Source: Octopus bimaculoides (taxonomy: Eukaryota). From it: a stretch of DNA of 35,677 nucleotides. The stretch lies in assembly GCF_001194135.2 (NCBI RefSeq), contig NC_068982.1, forward strand, positions 174,546,734-174,582,410. The letters are read 5' to 3'. Position numbers and translations under genes: made by a program. The notes under the pieces were generated by a model. It saw nothing but the letters and a program-made list of their open reading frames with translations. It searched no databases and was not told the origin of the DNA. Below, in pieces: positions 11,636-24,245 of this stretch. How positions within the stretch are numbered: the first letter of the stretch is position 1; every line of letters begins with the position of its first letter.

Positions 11636-12720
11636 ACGAGAAAGCTTCGGGAGCATGCACCTACTGGATGAGGTTGGCGAGTTTGCAGCGCAGCATCTTG
11701 TAAGCAAGTCCACGCCATCTAGTGGAAGGATCTGTCGTTGAACCAAACGTCTAGTGAAGGTGCTCGGGATCTAGCTCGGAGTGGACCTCTGGATGGAGAA
11801 AAACTAGAAAGTGTTCGCGAGTGAGTTGGTCAGTTACACTCTGAAGAAATGAACTAAGCGAAATCTCTTGAAATATCGAGCGAAAGTTGTTAACTCTTAC
11901 ATCGCTTCGGTCGTCCACTATCGCTTGGCCGTTATGCCTTGTCCCAAGAATCACCTAACTAGATTGAATTGGTTACTCTTTCACGTCTTGTAAGAGGAAC
12001 AGATTCTACTAGTCAAGAGTTCTATTGTCAATAGCCAGTAGGAGAATGCGTCCAAATGACATCGCAGCAACACGCTATGATGGTACTTCTGCAGAGTTTC
12101 TCAAAGAACGACGGTTAGATATTTGGTATCTACAATGTTGCCACGCACTCACTGTACTCTGTTAGCTGGAATGCAATCGGTAGAAAGCTGATCCTCAAAT
12201 TCTAGTAAAGTTTAGTGGAGGACTTGAGCATCGATAGCCTGTGATTGATTCTGAACGTCGTTGAGGACAGTCTGAACAATCTTTCCTGGATGCCTTTCTG
12301 GGGGGAGATTATGGGCGTCTAAAAGTAGTTAACATGGTAGTGCTACAGGGGGAAAAGAGGGAAAGGGAAAAGCATTCTTAATATTAGATGGAAATGTCAG
12401 CTGTCCGAGAAGCGCTCAGCGGGTGAAAACCGCACTGCGCGCATTCGTTGCGTTCGTGCATTGCCCGCTTGTGGGCTTGTGTTGAACAACTGTTACCACA
12501 TGTAAAACGGATCTGTCTATCAGTCGTGTCTGTTATGAAGACCAATTGGCCACCTTCTTTAGGCAAGGAAACGTGGCTAATTCTCCTCTAGCTATGACGA
12601 AGGAAGGTGAGTGTGGAGAAGGAGGAACTATCTTCCAATGTGTTTTAGGAAGGTTGGGTGAGAGTAACGAGAGTAACGAGACTAAATAGAGCAATTCTAA
12701 TTGTACAACTAAAAACAAGG
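11636..12720 (+). mobile_element. Decayed Tx1/L1-clade LINE ORF2 3' part (RT thumb and zf-RVT region)
   Basis: Frameshifted translation: EKASGA, VKVLGI*LGVDL, KRNLLKYRAKVVNSYIASVVHYRLAVMPCP, CPRSAQRVKTALRAF (decayed CxxC..H knuckle), RRKVSVEKEELSSNVF*EGWVRV. Confidence 0.8.
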
Positions 12721-12850
12721 AGAAAGGAACTGGGCGAGGGCACTTTTGATGCATTTGCTGTGTCAAAGTAATCTGGGACTTTGTGTGGGAGATTTTGCCC
12801 CCAGAATTAGTCGATGTGGGCTTTACTCCCTCTATTGAAAAATCCTTTCC

Positions 12851-13268
12851 ACTCTAGGCACAAGGCCCGAAATTTGGGGGAACGGGCCAGTCGATTAGAT
12901 CGACCCCCAGTACTCAACTGGTACTTAATTTATCGACACCGAAAGGATGAAACGAAAAGTCGACCTCGGCGGAATTTGAACTCAGAACGCTAAGACAGAC
13001 GAAATACCGCTAAGCATTTCGCGCGACATGCTAACGTTTCTTATTTCTTTATTGCTCACAGGGGACTATGCATAGAGGGGGACAAACAAGGACAGACAAA
13101 CGGATTGAGTCGATTACATCCACCCCAGTGCGTAACTGGTACTTAATTTATCGACCCCGAAAGGATGAAAGGCAAGGTCGACCTCGGCAGAATTTGAACT
13201 CAGAACGTAACGGCAGACAAAATACCGGTAAGCATTTCGCCCGGCGTGCTAACGTTTCTGCCAGCTCG
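12851..13268 (-). mobile_element. Dimeric SINE (two family A monomers joined by a LINE-like tail)
   Basis: Two head/central-domain units; junction ctaacgtttc|ttatttcttta at 13040/13041, identical to the copy at 25715/25716. Confidence 0.9.
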
Positions 13269-13547
13269 AAAAAGGCTTCTGTTGAAAGACTTTTTCTTGT
13301 TGAAATTTTCTTTTGTTATCTATTGTTTCTGCTTATTTCGTCTTCTCTTTACTCAGTGTAAACCCTACTGATTTGCAATTCGTCCTTCTGTTGTTCATAT
13401 CATCTTAGGGTCTTATGGCTAGAGAATTGTAGTGTATTGGTAGAAAATGTATAAAGCGCCAGACTAAATGGATTGCAGTATTTAGTTACGTTTTATGTCA
13501 TCTGTAAGCACACTTAAATATTTGTAGCTCTGTACCTATGTTAGAAA

Positions 13548-13720
13548 GGTGATTTGTTGGCAGAATCAGTAGAGTGATAGATAAGGTCCTTTGGAGTTCG
13601 ATGCACTATAGCATTTTGCCTTTAATTTTCCAAGGTCGATAAAGAATCAGTGAAGTATAGGGAGTCGACATAATTAACTATATCTCTTCCCTTAAAATAT
13701 GTATACCCTTGTAGCAAACT
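13548..13720 (+). mobile_element. Diverged SINE family A copy
   Basis: ttggcagaatcagtag...ttttgcctttaattttccaaggtcgataaag...gagtcgacataattaact. Confidence 0.6.
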
Positions 13721-13744
13721 TAGAAAATATTATTATTACTATTG

Positions 13745-13880
13745 TGGATGACATTCGATACCAGAATTAGTTTTGTGACGAACATAATACTTTACAGGAT
13801 TTAGTCTTACCTTTTTACATTTTGAATTCAAATCCCCGTCTTCGACTTTGCTTTTCATTTTATGAGAAAATCCGGATATA
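13745..13880 (+). mobile_element. Diverged partial SINE family A (head and start of central domain)
   Basis: ttgaattcaaatccccgtcttcgactttgcttttcatttt. Confidence 0.5.
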
Positions 13881-14794
13881 AAAAAAAGAAAAGAAAAAGA
13901 AACCGACCCTAAATTCATGTTAATGAGTTTGAAACGGACTTTCAATCTAGTTCTCTTTTTGTGGAAGTTTCGTTCCGTATTATACTTTTTCTTTTCCTTT
14001 TTCTCATTAAAAAAGTCATGAATAATAATCAATGTATCAATTGAAATAGTTCTTATTGTTTTTATTATAATGCCACCTATTAATAACTATATTATTTTAC
14101 TTTTCACCTCACTTTTTCATTTTGTTTTTGTTTTGTTTCTTCTCTCTCATGAATATTAATGTCTCGCGAGACTAAATTGTCTGTTTTCGTTGAGCTTAAC
14201 GATTATATAAACAATAGGTAAGTTAGTGTTAACATTTTTACTGCAGAGAGCGTTAAAAAGCTAATTAGAAATAAATACGGTTAGGGAGAAAAACGTGACA
14301 TTAGACACTAACTAAATACTTTTTTTTCTTTTCTAGAATGTACGGGAGATAATTTCAAACATTTTTAGGTCTTAATCTGATCCCATCAGCAAAGCTTAGC
14401 TATCGTTGTACTTGTTCAAATTGTGGTGAATGAACCACTAAGTAAATGACTTAGGAAAACAAAAGGTGAAGTTAATGTTGACGTAATAAATGTACGGAGA
14501 ATTAAAAGGCTAACTAAAAATAAATGTTGAAGAAAAAGTCGGTGCCAGTCAATGACTAGAAATAATTTCATTTGCCGAAATAGTGATGAAAGAATCACTA
14601 AGTAAATATACAAGACTGTAGATTTATATATGTTGGAAAATAAAATTGTTTTGAAATTAAATAACCTCTGAAATAAGACCTTGTTACCGATGTTATCGTA
14701 AGTATTGCACACGTTCATCGGCAAGTTAATGTCGTTGAAATATTGATATTTTAAAACATTTTATTAACATTTACTATTATTGTTCACCAGGAGA

Positions 14795-15000
14795 GGGCAG
14801 CGAGCTGGAAGGAGTTAACACGCCAGGCAAATCCTTAGCGGCGTTTCTTGTGGTTGTATTTATATTCTGAGTTCAAAATCTGCCGAGGTCGACTTTACTT
14901 ATCATTCTCTCAGGGTCGATCAAATAAATACCAGTTGAACACTGAGGTCGATGTAATCGACTTTCTCCCTCATGAAAATTGCTGACCTTGTGCTAAAATA
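14795..15000 (+). mobile_element. SINE family A monomer
   Basis: ggcagcgagctgg...ttctgagttcaaaatctgccgaggtcgactt...gggtcgatcaaataaataccag...ccttgtgc. Confidence 0.85.
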
Positions 15001-15446
15001 TCTCGCTTAGAGGAAGTTTGAATGTGTGTATGTGTTGCTTAGCTTCAGGTCAGCTTTAAATTTAATAACCGTCCGCATCAGTTATCTCACAGTGTTAAAT
15101 GGTGGTGGGGTGCGTGCGCGTGTGCGCGCGTGTGTGTGTGTGTGTGTGCGCGCAATTAAAATATAAAACTGTAAAGTGAGCCAATGGCATAAATATAAAT
15201 ATGTTAGAGAAGTGATGTATGAAACGATGTCCAGAAGACATTCTCAGGAAAATCCCTTTTTAGTTAGTGAATTGAAAACAAAAGATAAAAATCCAGCCCT
15301 AATCGTTGGCGACTTTCAAGGGAAAAGGGAAGTAATTTCAAGAAACTTAAAGCTTAAAGCTGAGTTAAAACCAACAAAATTAATATACACTCTTACAGGG
15401 GATATCTGCTCTCTGTTGGTAGCCACATTTAGTATTTGACGATGTA

Positions 15447-16297
15447 CGAGGTGGTATCAAAGAGATCCTGGACTAGTTACGTTTAATAAAAAATAGCTTA
15501 TTTACCTAAGTTTTTACATCATCTCCTTAGAAATAGTCACCTTACGCTGCAACACACCGATCCCCTGCTACTTTTGGAATCTGGCCTGAAAATCGTCTTC
15601 CGTAAGCTAGTCGGGAACCTGCTGCAATTCGCTCTTAATCTCGAAAACGGTGTTAAAACGGCGACCTTTGAGCTGCATTTTCATCTTGAGAAAAAGATGG
15701 AAGTTCGTATATGCTAAATCTGGCGAATAGGCCGAGGAGAGCGCAGTAACAGTGTGCATTGTCGCCGTGAAAAATTCAGACGTTAGGATTGCCTGCACGG
15801 ACCCGTACGACAGACCAACAACACCAGCAATGTCGTTGATTGTCTTCCTACGATTCTCATGCATATGTTGATGAATTTTCTCCGCATTTCCGTGGGTGAC
15901 ATTCGTTGAAGGTCTTCCATCGGTCATCTTCTTCCAGAGACGTTCTCCCGTTTTTGAAGCGCCCGTGCTACTCGAAACATTGCGCACGACCCATTGCCTC
16001 GTCGCCGTAAGATTGCCGAAGCACGCTCAATGTCTCTGTAGCAGACTTCCCAAGTTTAACGCAAAATTCCACGTTGACGCTTTTCTCCAGTTTCCTGTCC
16101 GTAACAAAAATCGGAGACAACAGCATACACATGATCACAAAAACACAAACTTCCAAACTTGCAAAGTAAACACAGCAATGTCACTCGGCACACTGCCTCA
16201 TGAAGGTCACTAATAGTTCTCACTGCGCACGCAACCGTGTGCTACCATCTGTTGATGCGCTACAGAACTAGTCCGGGTACTTTTTGATACCACCTAG
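15447..16297 (-). mobile_element. mariner (Mos1/Hsmar-like) element, internally deleted, non-autonomous
   Basis: TIRs CGAGGTGGTATCAAAGAGATCCTGGACTAGTT and AACTAGTCCGGGTACTTTTTGATACCACCTAG, each flanked by TA. Translation shows NVEFCVKLGKSATET, DGRPST, HENRRKTI, GLSYGSVQAILT and AYSPDLA; WVPHEL and the first two catalytic Asp regions are missing. Confidence 0.95.
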
Positions 16298-16419
16298 TAT
16301 TTAAGATGAATAAAAGGCGACTGGATTTGAATGGCCAGTAGGCTTTGTAATATCAATTATTGTGTCTGCGCCTGTATGTCTGATTGTGCTTACACACGGA
16401 CGTGCATGCATGTATCTGT

Positions 16420-16420
16420 A

Positions 16421-16451
<31 letters not shown>

Positions 16452-16701
16452 ATTTTGTCTGTCTTTGTCGTCTGAGTAAACAAAATTTGCTTACAATCTC
16501 GTGTGTGATTGTGTGTGTGTGCGTTTGTGTGTATATATGTGTGTGTGTGTGTGTGAGTATATGTGTGTATATATATGAGTGTAAGCGTGAGCGTGTGAAT
16601 GTGTTTGTGTGTGTGCATGTGTATGCCTATGCGCGCACGTGCGCATGCATGTGTGTGTGCGAGCGTACGGGCGCGCGTGCGTCCGTGCGTGCGTCCGTGC
16701 A

Positions 16702-16753
<52 letters not shown>

Positions 16754-16756
16754 TGA
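16420..16756. repeat. Compound (GT)n / (GCGT)n microsatellite
   Basis: Direct reading; long (GCGT)n run at about 16700-16755. Confidence 0.95.
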
Positions 16757-17106
16757 AATGACGTTACTTAGTTATAATATGTCATTGCTTGGTTTCAGAG
16801 GTCGATTTGTCCGGCCTTTGTTGGAAGAGAAATGNNNNNNNNNNNNNNNNNNNNNNNNNNNNNNNNNNNNNNNNNNNNNNNNNNNNNNNNNNNNNNNNNN
16901 NNNNNNNNNNNNNNNNNNNNNNNNNNNNNNNNNNNNNNNNNNNNNNNNNNNNNNNNNNNNNNNNNNNNNNNNNNNNNNNNNNNNNNNNNNNNNNNNNNNN
17001 NNNNNNNNNNNNNNNNNNNNNNNNNNNNNNNNNNNNNNNNNNNNNNNNNNNNNNNNNNNNNNNNNNNNNNNNNNNNNNNNNNNNNNNNNNNNNNNNNNNN
17101 NNNNNN

Positions 17107-17149
<43 letters not shown>

Positions 17150-17197
17150 ATATATATATATGTATGTATATATATGTGTGTGTGTATGTATGTATAC

Positions 17198-17229
<32 letters not shown>

Positions 17230-17351
17230 ACCTATATATGTATATATATATATATATATATGTATATGTATATGCCTGTGTCTATGCAAACATAATATAC
17301 ACACACATATATACGTATAAACGTACATATTATCGTACATATATATATGTG

Positions 17352-17400
<49 letters not shown>
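17107..17400. repeat. (TA)n/(TG)n/(TATG)n low-complexity block
   Basis: Direct reading. Confidence 0.95.
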
Positions 17401-17402
<2 letters not shown>

Positions 17403-18026
17403 AACCATCCACCACCAACAAAAACTATAACCAGGACGAACAATAATAATAAACAAAAACAAAAGTAACACAAGGAGTAGCAACAAAAGACCAAAACAAA
17501 AAGAAAGAAAGAAAAGGAAAAGAAAGAAAGAAGGAAAGAAAGGGAGAAAGCTTGGGGTTAAAGCGTGTCTTGGATAAAGAATAAATGAATCAAATCAGCA
17601 CTTCGAAATTCTAAAGACCATAATCAGATATGTGATATCATTCTTGACCTATTTACTGTCTTTTCAACCTGATACACTGGTTTCTTATATTTTAATTATA
17701 TAATAGGATTATTAGCCTTTGCTTTGGGATGTCTTGTGCCGTGTGCGTCTATCCTGCATTTAATTGCCCCACATTTTTTTTCAATGTTATGGTTATTGCT
17801 AGAAAAACAAAGCGTGCTTATTTATGTTTATCTATATGAGTTTGTGTTTGTATATAATATGAGTGTGCTTAATTGTATGTACGTATATGGACGTATATAT
17901 ATGTATCATTCATGTGTGTATGTACACCTACATACACATGCATGTATGTTGATATAACGTATATACATGCGTGTATGTACCTATAGATACATATGTGTAT
18001 ATATAAATATATACGCACACACGCAC

Positions 18027-18130
<104 letters not shown>

Positions 18131-18271
18131 CTGTGTGTTGGTGCAAACAGGGAAAATAGAACTCAAAATATGAGTATATGCATATTTTTATTAATATTTA
18201 GCAGAAGTAACAGAATGACTCGAAGTCCGAGAGTTTCTTGTGTTGTCACATATCAATATATATATATATAT

Positions 18272-18871
18272 ACTAGCAGCTAAGCCCGNNNNNNNNNNNN
18301 NNNNNNNNNNNNNNNNNNNNNNNNNNNNNNNNNNNNNNNNNNNNNNNNNNNNNNNNNNNNNNNNNNNNNNNNNNNNNNNNNNNNNNNNNNNNNNNNNNNN
18401 NNNNNNNNNNNNNNNNNNNNNNNNNNNNNNNNNNNNNNNNNNNNNNNNNNNNNNNNNNNNNNNNNNNNNNNNNNNNNNNNNNNNNNNNNNNNNNNNNNNN
18501 NNNNNNNNNNNNNNNNNNNNNNNNNNNNNNNNNNNNNNNNNNNNNNNNNNNNNNNNNNNNNNNNNNNNNNNNNNNNNNNNNNNNNNNNNNNNNNNNNNNN
18601 NNNNNNNNNNNNNNNNNNNNNNNNNNNNNNNNNNNCACACACGCACAAACACACACACACGCACAAACACACACACACGCGCAAACACACACACACGCAC
18701 AAACACACACACACGCACAAACACACACACACATACGCATACACACATTCACATTCACACATATATTCACACAGAGTTGAAACTTTGTTTTGTTTTTTTT
18801 TCAGCGTACACTATCAAGTATGACTTCGCTCCTTCCTTTCTCATTCATATACATAAGAGTATACACACACA

Positions 18872-18926
<55 letters not shown>

Positions 18927-19243
18927 TCACATACCCCTTTTACATACACACATATATTCACACAGAGTTGAAACGCTGTTTGATTTATTTTTTCAGCGTA
19001 CAATTTTCATCATCACACTACCAATTATGATATCAACCCTTCCTTCTTTATTCATCTATCACCCCTCCTTTCTCATTCATAAGCACAAGAGTATTATTAT
19101 AGTAGATTATCTCGGTAACCATGGGAGCTATGAAAAAATACAAAGCCCAGCATCACCACCAGATCATTCTACACATCTGTGTAATTTTTCGCGCAATTCC
19201 AAGCAGCCGTTTGACCGTGAATCCCAAGACAAGAAAGAATCAC
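18272..19243. mobile_element. Putative Helitron/HINE-like non-autonomous element with internal microsatellites and duplication
   Basis: Starts ACTAGCAGCTAAGCCCG in a (TA)n, contains TATAGTAGAT and a duplicated ~100-bp unit. Interrupted by gaps; classification from recall of similar termini. Confidence 0.4.
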
Positions 19244-20269
19244 NNNNNNNNNNNNNNNNNNNNNNNNNNNNNNNNNNNNNNNNNNNNNNNNNNNNNNNNN
19301 NNNNNNNNNNNNNNNNNNNNNNNNNNNNNNNNNNNNNNNNNNNNNNNNNNNNNNNNNNNNNNNNNNNNNNNNNNNNNNNNNNNNNNNNNNNNNNNNNNNN
19401 NNNNNNNNNNNNNNNNNNNNNNNNNNNNNNNNNNNNNNNNNNNNNNNNNNTATATATATATATATATATATATATATTATGTGGCATACATATATATACA
19501 TTTTAGGATTACGGCCAGCCATAGAACGTACCATGTAACAGAGATGTTAATACATTTTAAAAATCTAGCGATGCCTGTCTCTGAAGCTTTTTAAAGTGAG
19601 GAAAGGCCTTGCATAGGGCCACAACCACTCTCTTAATAACGTATGAATTTGCTCAAAAAGAATTAGTTTACATCGTTGGATGCAAACGAAATCGCAGGTA
19701 TTAGATCAGAGGTTTCCTTCTAGAAAGATGTCCAAACAAAGACATGGGATCTCTCACTCCCAGCTGCTGGATAACCGTTGATTCTATTAAGTTCATCCGT
19801 CCTTTGACAGGTTCTGTTTTTCGTCTTGCAGGGTATCCAACGAAAACCAGCCTTGTTACAAAACAAGCCTAATGAGTCGCCGGTTTACTCACCGACGGTC
19901 CAACCATACGACAGGTTGTACATATATATATACGTGTGTGTGTGTATGTACGTATGTCTGTGTGTGCGCGTATGTATACATATATATGCATACGTACATA
20001 CACAGACGCTTTATATTCACACTCTCTCATGCACACACATCCCACCACATACACCAAACGCAAGCGCACATATACACAGGTGAATCCATCTGTTCAGATA
20101 TATCGATTTAAGAACATGAGTATATAAAATATGCACCAATCAATATCATGTACTAATGTTTACATATACATACATACATACATACATACATACATACATA
20201 CATACATAAATGCAAGTACATACGGATATTGTCCTTTGGAACAGACGGGCAATGGTATGTACCTTCATA

Positions 20270-21128
20270 GAGGTCGTGCAATTCACCAGAGAGAGGAAGG
20301 AGTCCACATCACCTCGCCCAGATCAACCAGGGCCCTCTGACAGGACCCTTCTCATTGCTAAATGTGGAAGATAATCCTCGTTGCAAGGCCTCTGACATAG
20401 CAGAACAATTGATGTCAGTCCCAGAACAGCTGTCAGGAATCTTCACAAACTTGGTTACTATGGCAGAGCGGCAAGAAGGAATCCACTTCTTCGACCAGCC
20501 AACATCATGCAGAGAAAAGATTGGGCCAGTGAGAAGGTGGAGAGGCCACTAGAATTTTGGGACACTGTCATATTCTCTGATGAGTCCAGATTTGCTGTAT
20601 TTCCTGACAGTCGTCGAATGTGGGTCTAGAGACTCTGTGATCAAGAATTTGATGTGAAAAGATTACAGCCAACAATGAAACACAGCTGCTATTTGATGGT
20701 CTGGGGAGCAATGGTTGATCAGAGCTGGTGGAGTGTGAAGGAAGCATAAACTCAGATTTATACGTGCACATATTGCAGAAAAGATTTCTTCCAATCTTCT
20801 CCAGTGGTGAAATGATTAAAGAAGACTCTTTATTTATGAAAGATGGGGCTCCTTGTCACACGGCTAAAAGGAATCAGGATTTGTTGGATGTGAATGGCAT
20901 AAAAAAAATTTCCATGGCCAAGCTAGTCACTAGATATGAACTCTATTGAACACGTCTATGGCATAATGAAAAGGACACTTCATAAACAGAACAAGAAAGC
21001 ATCTTCAAAGCCAGATCTTTTGAGATTACTGCATGAAACTTGGAAAGAAATTCCGGAAGAGAATATTCGTCATCTGATCAACTAATGTTGCAATCTTAGT
21101 TCTCCGGTATCTTTTTCGGACACTACAG
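20270..21128 (+). mobile_element. Decayed Tc1-family transposase (DD34E type)
   Basis: [77 protein letters not shown]; frameshifted; possible right-TIR remnant GGACACTACAG at 21118-21128. Confidence 0.9.
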
Positions 21129-21426
21129 TGCAAATTCTTCTTGCAAGGTTGAAGGGGATATTTGTTTTGATATGTTTCGGGTGGCATGAGCTAAATAATA
21201 GGTATTGTTTAACGTCATCCAACACTCAAACTTTGAAAAGCGTTAGCGAAACCGGTAATTATGTTGGAAGAAAAAATCTTTTGTATAATATTGTATAATA
21301 CTTTTGCTATGATGATTCTAGCCGTGTAAACCAAATCTTCTGTGTTTTTTTTTTCATTTTTCTCTTTCCTTTTCTCTTTCCACGTGAAATTAACAACCAT
21401 ACTTTCTATCTTATATNNNNNNNNNN

Positions 21427-21693
21427 TGTCGACGCCCCCAGGCGAAGAAGTAGGATCTCCCAAGACATATAAATAGCAGTAGTCTAGCCGTGGTAGAAGT
21501 GCTGAGTGACTGTTGAGTAGCAGTTAAGTAGCAGTCGAGTAGCAGTTGTGTAGCGGTTGAATAGAGATCATCCGAAGGTGCTAGATAGCAGTACCGTTGA
21601 GACATAACAGTTATAGATATTTATATTAATGTATATATTAATATAAATATCTATATATTTATGCTTAAATATTCATCGTCTGAAAGTTTCTAC
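21427..21693 (+). mobile_element. Possible solo LTR
   Basis: Begins TGT right after a 10-N gap, has a TATAAATAG box and short AGTAGCAGT repeats, ends ...TACA. TSD cannot be tested because of the gap. Confidence 0.35.
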
Positions 21694-21946
21694 ACTTTGC
21701 TTTCTCTCGTTTTGCATGTTTACATATATACATATTTCGTATTTCGTACCCAAGGTGTTATATTTAATGTATTCAATTTGTTAATCCTCATAATTGCTTC
21801 TATATCTGCTCAACTTGATCCTTCTTATAGCCATTCTTTACCCCCAAGGAATATTGATCCCCTGTAAAGACACTGGCATCTAAATTTGAATCATTTGAGA
21901 GTTACTAAGTGTCTCCTATACTGAGAATGTTTAGATCTCATCTGTG

Positions 21947-22016
<70 letters not shown>

Positions 22017-22024
22017 ATATAAAA

Positions 22025-22147
22025 AAACAAAAGGATAAAGAGAGCAAAGGTAAGGTTGAAGAATTTTATGGATAGAGTCTTACAGCTGTTTCTGGGAAGA
22101 TCCAGTACTTCCCTTCATCGGAGACAGAAAAAATAAAGTTATCTATT
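22025..22147 (-). mobile_element. Penelope-like pLTR fragment with variant hammerhead
   Basis: Hammerhead-like motif followed by a pyrimidine-rich tail on the minus strand; runs into a gap. Confidence 0.55.
22077..22125 (-). ncRNA. Variant (probably mutated) minimal type I hammerhead
   Basis: GUCU-CCGAUGA-A-GGGAAG-UACUGGAU-CUUCCC-A-GAAAC-AGCU-GUA-AGAC. Confidence 0.65.
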
Positions 22148-24245
22148 NNNNNNNNNNNNNNNNNNNNNNNNNNNNNNNNNNNNNNNNNNNNNNNNNNNNN
22201 NNNNNNNNNNNNNNNNNNNNNNNNNNNNNNNNNNNNNNNNNNNNNNNNNNNNNNNNNNNNNNNNNNNNNNNNNNNNNNNNNNNNNNNNNNNNNNNNNNNN
22301 NNNNNNNNNNNNNNNNNNNNNNNNNNNNNNNNNNNNNNNNNNNNNNNNNNNNNNNNNNNNNNNNNNNNNNNNNNNNNNNNNNNNNNNNNNNNNNNNNNNN
22401 NNNNNNNNNNNNNNNNNNNNNNNNNNNNNNNNNNNNNNNNNNNNNNNNNNNNNNNNNNNNNNNNNNNNNNNNNNNNNNNNNNNNNNNNNNNNNNNNNNNN
22501 NNNNNNNNNNNNNNNNNNNNNNNNNNNNNNNNNNNNNNNNNNNNNNNNNNNNNNNNNNNNNNNNNNNNNNNNNNNNNNNNNNNNNNNNNNNNNNNNNNNN
22601 NNNNNNNNNNNNNNNNNNNNNNNNNNNNNNNNNNNNNNNNNNNNNNNNNNNNNNNNNNNNNNNNNNNNNNNNNNNNNNNNNNNNNNNNNNNNNNNNNNNN
22701 NNNNNNNNNNNNNNNNNNNNNNNNNNNNNNNNNNNNNNNNNNNNNNNNNNNNNNNNNNNNNNNNNNNNNNNNNNNNNNNNNNNNNNNNNNNNNNNNNNNN
22801 NNNNNNNNNNNNNNNNNNNNNNNNNNNNNNNNNNNNNNNNNNNNNNNNNNNNNNNNNNNNNNNNNNNNNNNNNNNNNNNNNNNNNNNNNNNNNNNNNNNN
22901 NNNNNNNNNNNNNNNNNNNNNNNNNNNNNNNNNNNNNNNNNNNNNNNNNNNNNNNNNNNNNNNNNNNNNNNNNNNNNNNNNNNNNNNNNNNNNNNATATA
23001 TATATTCTGTATGTTCTGAGAGAAAACTAGCAGGACAAACAGATTGTTACCACATGAAAATCAGATCCTGTTCTGACAGCTGAAGAAAACACCAATTGCT
23101 TCGTTATTAATTACAATACGAAGGTATAATAATCCCAAACCAATTAGGATTTAACAAATTTACGCTAATTAATTGCAAATATTTTAATTTTTGCTTTTGT
23201 TCATGTAATCTAAGCTAACTAATTGGAAGTTGTTGCTTTACTTAGTGATAAAAGTTGTTGAACACTTTAATGACAGTCAAGCTGCTTTTATAATACTTCA
23301 GGACACTAGCATTTGTTTATCTAGGTATGTATATATGTGGGGGGTGGGGGTGTACGTGTGTGTAACTGTGTATGATTTCGTGTATGTATGTATGTATGTA
23401 TGTATGTATGCATGTACGTATGAATTATGTATAATTGTATGTTTGAATATATGTTGATATACATGAGTGAATATACGCATATTTGTATGCATGTTTATAT
23501 GCATGTATGCATGTTTATATGCATGTATGCATGTAAGCATGCATGTATTTATGAATGTATGTGTATGCATGCATATATCTACGTGAATATAAACTTATAT
23601 GTATGAATGTATGTACATATGTATTTTCTTCTTTGGATTTCTTTCTTTTTGTTTGCATTTTTCAGGCTGGTCAATACCAAAGTGACGAGGCTCTTGGGAT
23701 TTATGAATGCATACAAATTAATTATTAGCAAAAGAAGCAAAGTTAATACCAAAAGGTAATTTTGATATCCAACTTAACGCAGAAGACAAACAATATAGTA
23801 TTCGGCGTTCTTACAAAGCAGACATGTTAAGCTGGATGTAAAGATTGCCTTTTGATATCAATAGTGTTTTACTTGCAAATAATTATATTTTTAATAAGCC
23901 TGCTGGCCATTTACAACATTAGTGCCTGATAAATCATTGGAATTCTATATACTGTTGGCAGTGAAATTCGACTGGCATGCGGCTACCTGACGTCTTTCAC
24001 TGAGGGGACGGAGTGCGTCGAAATCACGTGATCTGGCAGTTCCGGCATCCGCATCAGACGGTTCTCGTCTGCCAACGATATAAATATGCGTGTTTTTATG
24101 CACCATGCGTCCATATCAGAGTTCCTTTCAAGGCAAATAATGCACATTCGGTGTTCTAACAATACATCCACATTAAGTTGGATATAAAGATTACAGGTGA
24201 ATTGGTGTGTGCATGTATGTGTGTGTGTGTGCGCGTGCGCGTGTG

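Noticed and set aside
15176-15439. 87-aa ORF containing LIVGDFQG (APE-endonuclease-like)
   Set aside because: Only one short motif matches, with no other APE motifs; likely chance.
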